This document shows positions 59,701 to 64,000 of a stretch of 64,000 nucleotides of DNA, one piece after another (the first letter of the stretch is position 1; every line of letters begins with the position of its first letter). Where the stretch lies: IMG/VR virus record IMGVR_UViG_3300014720_000019, positions 32,001 to 96,000 of that record; one strand, 5' to 3'. The translations under genes and the position numbers were made by a program. Below the pieces are notes generated by a model, which searched no databases, was not told where the DNA came from, and saw nothing but the letters and a program-made list of their open reading frames with translations. The stretch is from a virus.

Positions 59701-61327
59701 TACTGCTGTTGGTATGCAGTGGTTTTCTAGAAATACTGGACCCAACAAATGGGCCTTATCACTAGGATTAGCTGGTCTAGTAATGCTTAGCAGAGGCGTA
59801 TCTGATAGCATGGGATCTGCAATAGCAGCCGTATCACCACAAGCAGGAAAGTATATAGCAGATCAATTAGAAGCTTTAAACAGTGCTGGTAGATATGGCA
59901 TGAGAAAGCTACAAGATCAGAGTCAATATATTAACTTAGTAGCTGGTGGTACATTTGCATTTGCTGGAGCATATAGCATGTTTAAAGGAGGCCCAACAGC
60001 ATTAAATCTTGGACTAACAGCAGTTGGTGCTTTACTAGCAAGTGTTGGCTTAGTGCATGGTATAAACACAATAACAGAGAACAAAGATACTAGATGGGAA
60101 GGTGCAAGCAGAGCAGGCTTATCAGTTGTTGCTAACATATTAACAAGTAAGTACATACCTAAAGGTGTTGACATACTAAGCAAGACAATAGGAGCTAAGA
60201 TAAGTCAAGAGATAGGAGAAAAGATAGCAATTGAATCACTAACAACCTCAGTAAGAAGTGCAGGAGGATCTGCACTTAGAAAGCTTGGTGGTGATGCATT
60301 AGTAAAGAATGTAGCAGGTAAGTTAGCAGCTACAAAAGCAGTTGGAAGCTTTGTTGGTAAAGCTGTATCTGGATTTGTTGGAGGACCTTGGGGAGCCACA
60401 ATAATGATAGGTTGGAGCATATTTGAATTGTTATCAATATTAATAGCACCAGAAGCTGTGGATCAGACAACATCATGGCTAACTAATTTACCAACACAAG
60501 TGTTAGGTGGATATGGACAGCTTCTATTAACACCATCTAATCAGATATATCAAGATAAAAGATATAGAGACTTAGACACAAGAAATCCTATGTACTTTGG
60601 TACAGTAACAGACGCATTAAAACAAGAATGGGCGGGTCAAGTAGACACGCTAACTGACTTCACAGGAAGAACCACACTAGCTAGAAACGTAGGAGCATTA
60701 GACGCACCAATGGGAGGCTATCAAGTAACTAGTCAAGGTTATGGTCCTAGATCATTAGATGCGGTTGAAGAGTTAGCTTTGATAATAAGAAGTAAGGGTT
60801 ATAATCAACTAGTAACTGGTAGACAGTTCTGGAACAGTAGAATGGATACCGCATTAAATGTGGCTCTTGTTAATCAATATATGAATATAACTAATCAAAT
60901 ACAAATGCAAGCTTGGGAGAATGATGTTAGAAAGACAGTAGAAAGAGAGAAGGCTAGAATAACAAAGGCACCAATATTCTCTGCAAAAGACTATAAACAG
61001 ATGGCTAAAGACACACAACCACTAGCAGAGATATTAAATAGTTTATTTGTTAAACAAAGTGCTGAATTTGCAAGTAACAACTCATTAGTAGTTAATGTAA
61101 AAGCACAAGCTGCTCCTGATAATAATCCAAGTCAAAAGATGTCCTTTGGCACTATATCTCCAACCGCTTTAAAGGCAGAGAAGGTAATACAAGATAATGG
61201 CACTCCTAAGATATCATTTAGCAAAACAGTTGTTCCTAATATTGATCAAGTAAGAAAAGATCATAGAGATTATATTGGTCCTGAAAATACAGTTGCACAA
61301 CATATTATTGCTCCACTTAATGTATAA
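50786..61327 (+). CDS. Giant (3513 aa) tape-measure/ejection-like protein with N-terminal NucA-type DNA/RNA non-specific endonuclease domain
   Basis: PNWVAY, FQRGHNFPS, ATFVITNMTAQAGELNTGAWKYLE and VPSIMWKV; many Gly/Ala-rich hydrophobic helices; VGKAVSGFVGGPWG near the C-terminus. Confidence 0.75.
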   Translation: MNLLGKIATGLGLYSATSLGWGVLNNDFNPYQQGDWNWQYKGASYSDRVGNFTMFSDNKSRYNDYLKGYNKTVGYDFNLVGIDPQQVKRQQIIEDNLYKQGTLSSNENLALIGNPTGANTTSSNNLILENKVGGRSLFVTSFNEEKKRPNWVAYNIRKENLGSTERANIFTYDTNVDSRYQMLDSGVKGFQRGHNFPSSLATANEDINKATFVITNMTAQAGELNTGAWKYLEHYLRDQVKDNNQQVVVLSGNYGSGGIGTQGYRKYVDGVEVPSIMWKVAIFLDSNGKISSNSKSIVTAFPNQQNVNSDWRRYQLKNGNDLKTLLNTERLLPALDKETEEAVLKNAFSLPDDKSKLLSLDNLVNNNFMNEAVISTRAREKGIHNPLLGPLFDPSKSMKGVVISNKRTHSESFELARYNASMMGTGRFTSAIEVTDMSTVQGLMYLAKGDQMTWGDKKIAEVFDYAANSPSLASRINEYFFIPNGMGRVYKEEKGFIPSLFGAVGALIDQSYITNNPVLKSYKSDADSYYTTKNSIFQDLLENSSAAILATTSSIGVYLAVGEPLKAMLSKSILDTQKALIDASDSHSIKKNSSTSSNPLVRQLTEAKHRIANVLIGGDKDTNVGFKLQQIERAMGPNANTPYYDVKNGTLSAYYLDNYARYRGASFFESTAQHFLLDIVNPYTVGKAEYIKLRSAINDYVNEVYRPADIKIVDRAKPISGVARTIEWASETIDIDFNGDKRAIKIGTAIEAIRNKTALVDPTNKGVTRAMDSVLIDEINDVVNKKYAVDITNVSLERSMILAKKTQAILNLIPMPWAWGIFAGRQDKVTAPMIGNLLDIEGFTRHINASISNQGFWGAANEFMYFNIDGNNSNNAAYRITNHIATSTRAILAFNDRGGQSKADLEAIEQVASTYSNAEKVVVERLDKAEKARSYKSSTTLGREIFNTDALNQDEVLELLDLEANYQSEWKKASGSRTNIKQITLDDTLYKYANKGNATNSLGFSLHTLDKGGDYTGMKIASTKLAGAKWIVGALFIPHLLGVEFLQRSGASLLTTALQQLNFNKTTTNTTIELQSTNFVSGREFAKYFGANNNIADVIGNVETLVGLAGITTWAWKNSSSFMPEIHAKLYQGDNVFNSITEIATELDSSTGNYKFNAVNGRAAIEGVLNNKAGNINSFRAKLASDKEVVFSVVRDGSKIVGLQTLNAQIKKNMTSFGITLGLSLTAMQTARYVISSAINGERQLTGSALLSTYALAVPAVIIGTTSIADNIAHTVNLLSGGKTGWNDYKLTSAVTRGLLWTTQQTANIFAKSPLLATTIAATGLLTAYISGAAKYLTPFQGDINGPRLDETNTTAITKLGKYVEHVNRKINNAYNNAEADKGDIAVSDTVSPLEVNGALFAIALSKIMNPILSSQKGSTAYVVAIQSPTPVFQYYSVYKTIKDSQGNTYSTLNLGLQGPPAFGFAPINLSLPIAFAMNARSNDGILIRTGYLGTGLMLNENNKDSMSMQDYLNLYGNVALWSGLAVKGVSTLYSVRTKGINKQITKSGTQAALPPLVQSMKGGRDAFLSTIGTLPLKIAAQSFTIATGDVRMMSLRLRGGYLSMLPIGINALVMGAFSNHLYDVFKQTTQPYVDREKAKDDKDPIRAVLIGGMAITYGIRDYYKNTFQRAKELTRLEGILLNGTDKIAYDMSSINIFSSAGQNKYVKGAIKVLNIVSGAASPVISKIAPSISAVKQLYQSATTNVSRVFSSTSRKARYGKSAIMGGLFYHFITDPKAGLINPEVAFGDLKTQEEDKYTWSPRRLTTVAGGALLFAATAHLSGVTPATLNPFQPLRSEEIFDSYRARLETVVELRGKKGPLNNVRSWYNEYRLTAQSREVQTIFDALQNGDPLIEELKKIETDPATGKPVTRTIAYLTSNPLSNIKNQAANNAKDVIDNLSQLDPTNTGHLDLVSAAKADPKAVLDKLYVDDGIGKPRVNIEKHTTTLEAIDFAHPNVSTNIRVSRISKFAVVGVGLGAGLMLSNYLAQSFGYKDIQDAFIGAGSNDKYSLTEQIKTGLIDLLKIQTKQDREHSYDLAKGLVGPNFRTSKGEFLLAPENTVKGSINKAVKNLSNLVISNAPNTFVGLGAVGITVRPDDNDVRVRDYFQLQSASQDFSSAMYSMSAVFGLQELAKKGFLANTIIAATRGVDDKELNQAQLRSIATNIITAVYSQPIRKPKDRIKFTTPNKLMLEGMQGNRQLSMSVTNRLKNLQAMSYGTTEQLALYTLTNNMFVADPAIQNQFYKALRQLSLHDDQTGLGELNQNTLIGGRLNVSSVKIKGNNDNPFTPFKLTTVESNNEDAFFEMQGIAVQLTTNQYLEQKDLGEMLKDNIARFYASSSLQGLVNALPPGLGLVAQILAAVGGIGVVASMLYTAGYRASMNQASVVNTRLYEQLNKFYDKDNWFTDNKVEGIETPNTTGTHYLTVKRAGVVFAVEEGLTSTQIQKYQDDIDKLQSKLALSFDQSYTQFSDRYGAEYTNNKQKLEAFYNDIIDSNKVTGSTTTVLAQRDQLIARNYAKEFQPVMGVANQTVVTYNTSNNQRITEHLIDQFTQKQVLDAYLEGQHLQHLEIAKNSKGAIKPMSIRDFTDKYYKNITYDDLLNSKIKGFESNGYNIFGKDRFATRMSINLITEVYAAKYDYIIDTFFNTVDESIDDVFKIRDDNIYSKFTSNSINELDLNTHTSVKAHAANRRLEMKIQLRENIKTRMDSIFAPKKTGKWAWLDSLLTFVGGNSTVRDNIQGMTLQAGEAAMDTVKGIRSDLGGMFNRTGPVPTYLTTEAQEAVKQEIIKRTGQGVKGSMPVSSIPAPLQSQGATLSFENTLLSFGSGLMAAFQFMQFASMNLLTMRAAASISSSKTGEREKEMAREELAKEGFENIFAAMFWGTILSGELIKGYGLPLAGGLAAGYIGYEFLFNKRGIGMTITGGAVGAGLFATAVGMQWFSRNTGPNKWALSLGLAGLVMLSRGVSDSMGSAIAAVSPQAGKYIADQLEALNSAGRYGMRKLQDQSQYINLVAGGTFAFAGAYSMFKGGPTALNLGLTAVGALLASVGLVHGINTITENKDTRWEGASRAGLSVVANILTSKYIPKGVDILSKTIGAKISQEIGEKIAIESLTTSVRSAGGSALRKLGGDALVKNVAGKLAATKAVGSFVGKAVSGFVGGPWGATIMIGWSIFELLSILIAPEAVDQTTSWLTNLPTQVLGGYGQLLLTPSNQIYQDKRYRDLDTRNPMYFGTVTDALKQEWAGQVDTLTDFTGRTTLARNVGALDAPMGGYQVTSQGYGPRSLDAVEELALIIRSKGYNQLVTGRQFWNSRMDTALNVALVNQYMNITNQIQMQAWENDVRKTVEREKARITKAPIFSAKDYKQMAKDTQPLAEILNSLFVKQSAEFASNNSLVVNVKAQAAPDNNPSQKMSFGTISPTALKAEKVIQDNGTPKISFSKTVVPNIDQVRKDHRDYIGPENTVAQHIIAPLNV

Positions 61328-61356
61328 TATATACATTACTTACAATATACAAATAA

Positions 61357-62445
61357 ATGTCTAACACTACCAGACAAGATAATAGACCCGCCACATATTC
61401 AGTTAGTAAACTAAGAACATTTCACACATGTTCTATGATGTACAAATATAAGTATGTAGATAAACTTAGAGATAACAGTCTAACAAAAGCCACCTTACTT
61501 GGCTCTTGTTTACATCAAATATTAGAAGACACATATAGACCACATATTAACATTGATAATCCACCTAGAATATTAGAAGAAGCTATTATATTAGCCTCTA
61601 CCAATGAAGTACTAAGTAAGGTGTTTGTACATGATTTAACTGAGCAAATAACAACTGTATATAACTACTACAAGCAAGTAGATGATTTATATTACAGAGC
61701 AAGTGTTGATTACACAGGCCCTAATGCAATTAGAAAAGGTGATGGTACTGTTGCACAAGCACCAGAGATGACAGCAACTTGGAAAAAAGAGATTGCTAAA
61801 TTAAACATTACTAACACGCAGGACACTATTAACTCCTATATCAAATCAGTTGATGGTAGATGGGAGAATATAGACTTCTTTGACCTAGTACTAAATGTTA
61901 TAAAGATTGCTAACAAGTTTAGCTTGGCACCTTCTATTAAGAAGATATTAGGAGTTGAATTAGAGTTCTCACCTGAGACTAACATTATAACAACGCCTAA
62001 CACTGGAGATAAGGGACCAATACTAGAAGCATATATAGATCTAATAGCAGAGATGCAAGATGGAGAAGTTGCTATTATTGATTATAAGAGTGGCTCACAA
62101 GACTACACAGCAGCAGACATTGACTTTAACAGCCAGCTACTAACATATTCATATGCGTATGAGCAATTAACCCAACAACAACCTAAGTACATTGGTATAT
62201 ACAATCTAAGAACTAATAGTCTTGTATACAGTCAAATGGTGCCAGCTTTTAGAGATCAGGTAATACAACAATTAACCTCTGTTCACAAAGATATTACTAA
62301 TAACAAGTTTGAGAAGAGAATACCCAACAAAGACTATGCTAACTCTTGTCCATGCCTTGATCAATTCCATAAACCCTGCCCCTTTTTACAACATTGCTAT
62401 CCTGATCTATTTAATAAGATAAACAATATAACAGTTGATTTATAA
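61357..62445 (+). CDS. PD-(D/E)XK RecB/Cas4-like exonuclease
   Basis: SVSKLRTFHTC, GSCLH, VELEF, IDLI, IIDYKSG, QLLTY and C-terminal C..C....CPF...C. Confidence 0.9.
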   Translation: MSNTTRQDNRPATYSVSKLRTFHTCSMMYKYKYVDKLRDNSLTKATLLGSCLHQILEDTYRPHINIDNPPRILEEAIILASTNEVLSKVFVHDLTEQITTVYNYYKQVDDLYYRASVDYTGPNAIRKGDGTVAQAPEMTATWKKEIAKLNITNTQDTINSYIKSVDGRWENIDFFDLVLNVIKIANKFSLAPSIKKILGVELEFSPETNIITTPNTGDKGPILEAYIDLIAEMQDGEVAIIDYKSGSQDYTAADIDFNSQLLTYSYAYEQLTQQQPKYIGIYNLRTNSLVYSQMVPAFRDQVIQQLTSVHKDITNNKFEKRIPNKDYANSCPCLDQFHKPCPFLQHCYPDLFNKINNITVDL

Positions 62446-62476
62446 CTATTAGACAAATAATTAAATACTAACAATT

Positions 62477-62520
62477 TATAGGCGCTATTATAGTAAACAT
62501 ATGCTATAATAGCGCCTATA
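62477..62520. terminator. 17-bp stem-loop (probable terminator)
   Basis: tataggcgctattatag / ctataatagcgcctata with a short T-run. Confidence 0.7.
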
Positions 62521-62597
62521 TTTGTAATAGATATAATTACTTTATACTATTAACAAATTAAATAAATATTTACTATTTTGTATAAGAGGATACAATT

Positions 62598-62981
62598 TTG
62601 AGGCCGCATGAGGGCAGGAGTAAGCTACTCAATTACATTAAAAAGGAATACCCTTGGAAGCAACCTTTTATATATGTATATAGAGAAGATAACAGACTAA
62701 TGAGTCATGAGTTTAGTTGGACACAGGTTGAGACGGCTATTAAATGGGCCAAATCAATTAATCCAGAGAACTATAAGATTATGATGTACTTAGCAACCAC
62801 AGAGAGAACAAGGCAGGCAATAGCAGATGCTTTGTATTTAGACATGACAACAATCAAAAGAAGAGCTGATAAATGTTTAAATCAAATAATGCATTATTTG
62901 ATTGGAGTATATGTTAAACAAGAAGACTTTGATGATTTAATACAACCAATTGATCTTAGATCAAAACTAGATTTGGATTAA
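62598..62981 (+). CDS. HTH transcription regulator (sigma region-4/RinA-like)
   Basis: TRQAIADALYLDMTTIKRR; GAGGA RBS before the TTG start. Confidence 0.65.
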   Translation: MRPHEGRSKLLNYIKKEYPWKQPFIYVYREDNRLMSHEFSWTQVETAIKWAKSINPENYKIMMYLATTERTRQAIADALYLDMTTIKRRADKCLNQIMHYLIGVYVKQEDFDDLIQPIDLRSKLDLD

Positions 62982-62985
62982 TAGT

Positions 62986-63765
62986 ATGATAGATCCGCAT
63001 TTATTTGTAAAGAAGATAGAACAAGATTTAAGAGATCAACTAACAATTGATGGCAGAATTGGAGAGAAACCCTATCAACTAATACTTAATGATCTAGATT
63101 ATTTAAGAGAGAAGTTAGTAGAAGATAATAGTTTAGCAACTCCTACAATAGTACCAACTAACTTAATTGATCAACATGGCTTAGCAAGTTATTTAATACA
63201 GTTTTATCAATCGGGTCAGCCTCTTGCAAGTATAGCTAATTCATTATCAACTATTGCTGGAATGGCTATTAAAGTTACAGACATTGAAGAGTGGCTAACA
63301 ACTTATAAAGAGACTAATAGTTTATACATTAAACCTAATGAGAATAAGATTGGATCAATCTTTGATGCTAGTTCTAGATATCAAGACTTGTATGAGAATC
63401 TAACAAACTTATTAGAAGATATAAAACTAGCAGCTAATGACAGTTTTAAACACAAATCAACAACAAAGGAGCAAGTGCTTATTGAGTTGTTTAGAGAGAT
63501 GAGAATGCTCACAACAGAGGCTGATAAGTTTGTATCAACTCAGATAAGAGCACAATCAATGAGAACATTAATAGCAGACATTGTTAATGCGGTGTCTGCA
63601 TACAATCCAATTGTTGCTAGAGATCTAATAAGTATTATTAAAGTTAAGAGTTCACTGTGGGATGCATTACTACTTGGAGGAATATCACAGCCAGTACTAC
63701 ATCAAGTTGATAAGAACACTATAAAACAGATGAGAGCTGAATTAAAAGAAGATGACGATGAGTAA
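62986..63765 (+). CDS. Helical hypothetical protein with possible HTH (terminase small subunit candidate)
   Basis: FYQSGQPLASIANSLS...IEEWL followed by coiled helices; function speculative. Confidence 0.4.
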   Translation: MIDPHLFVKKIEQDLRDQLTIDGRIGEKPYQLILNDLDYLREKLVEDNSLATPTIVPTNLIDQHGLASYLIQFYQSGQPLASIANSLSTIAGMAIKVTDIEEWLTTYKETNSLYIKPNENKIGSIFDASSRYQDLYENLTNLLEDIKLAANDSFKHKSTTKEQVLIELFREMRMLTTEADKFVSTQIRAQSMRTLIADIVNAVSAYNPIVARDLISIIKVKSSLWDALLLGGISQPVLHQVDKNTIKQMRAELKEDDDE

Positions 63766-63780
63766 TAATAATAAATAAAC

Positions 63781-63848
63781 AATAAACAAATAAAATAATA
63801 AAAGGAGCCCTATAATTTAAGCTCCTTTTATTATTTTATTTGTTTATT
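63781..63848. terminator. Bidirectional terminator, 28-bp perfect stem
   Basis: aataaacaaataaaataataaaaggagc / gctccttttattattttatttgtttatt between convergent genes. Confidence 0.9.
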
Positions 63849-64000
63849 AAACGTAATAAAAACTTATAGAATTTAACAGGGCTTCTCTTAACTGTTTTTA
63901 TACTATTATGCAACCAATTAGTCTTTAGTATAAGAGTTTGTAATGTATCTTCTAGTAAAGCAACAGTTGTATTAAACCTATTTAATGTTTGTCTATCATC
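63836..64000 (-). CDS. 3' end of a gene entering from the right edge
   Basis: Manual translation DDRQTLNRFNTT...KFLLRLINK* (55 codons). Confidence 0.7.
   Translation of the reverse strand, partial: DDRQTLNRFNTTVALLEDTLQTLILKTNWLHNSIKTVKRSPVKFYKFLLRLINK

Noticed and set aside
2169-60420. Numerous minus-strand and alternate-frame ORFs nested in long genes (e.g. 2169..2636, 4037..4702, 5230..5538, 30047..30529, 52882..53304)
   Set aside because: Shadows caused by codon bias; Leu/Val/Ser-rich with no motifs.
61357-62597. CRISPR-Cas locus around the Cas4-like gene
   Set aside because: No repeat-spacer array or other cas genes were seen.
1-64000. Genome-wide stop-codon reassignment
   Set aside because: Long genes are intact in code 11 and coding density is high; only one TGA (36136) looks suspicious.

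Overview
This is a 64-kb, very AT-rich and CpG-poor segment of a large contractile-tailed (myovirus-type) bacteriophage, and almost all of it is the virion morphogenesis region. In order it holds: a tail-assembly-chaperone pair joined by a lambda G/T-type -1 slippery site; portal; a tail fibre with a recently swapped GC-rich tip cassette; a small minus-strand accessory block (SWIM protein, two paralogous unknowns, Dps); prohead protease and major capsid; an antisense GIY-YIG homing endonuclease; head/neck proteins; sheath, tube and two unexpected short tube paralogs; baseplate hub/spike with amidase and lysozyme-M23 genes; baseplate wedge genes; a flavin monooxygenase-like gene embedded among tail genes; two DUF4815-like paralogs; terminase; a 3513-aa membrane-helix-rich protein with an N-terminal NucA-type nuclease; a Cas4-like nuclease; and an HTH regulator. 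From memory (not checked), the gene content resembles Ma-LMM01/Fukuivirus-like freshwater cyanomyoviruses, so a cyanobacterial host is plausible but unproven. I saw no tRNA, rRNA or CRISPR array. All product calls come from motifs read by eye; no database search was run.
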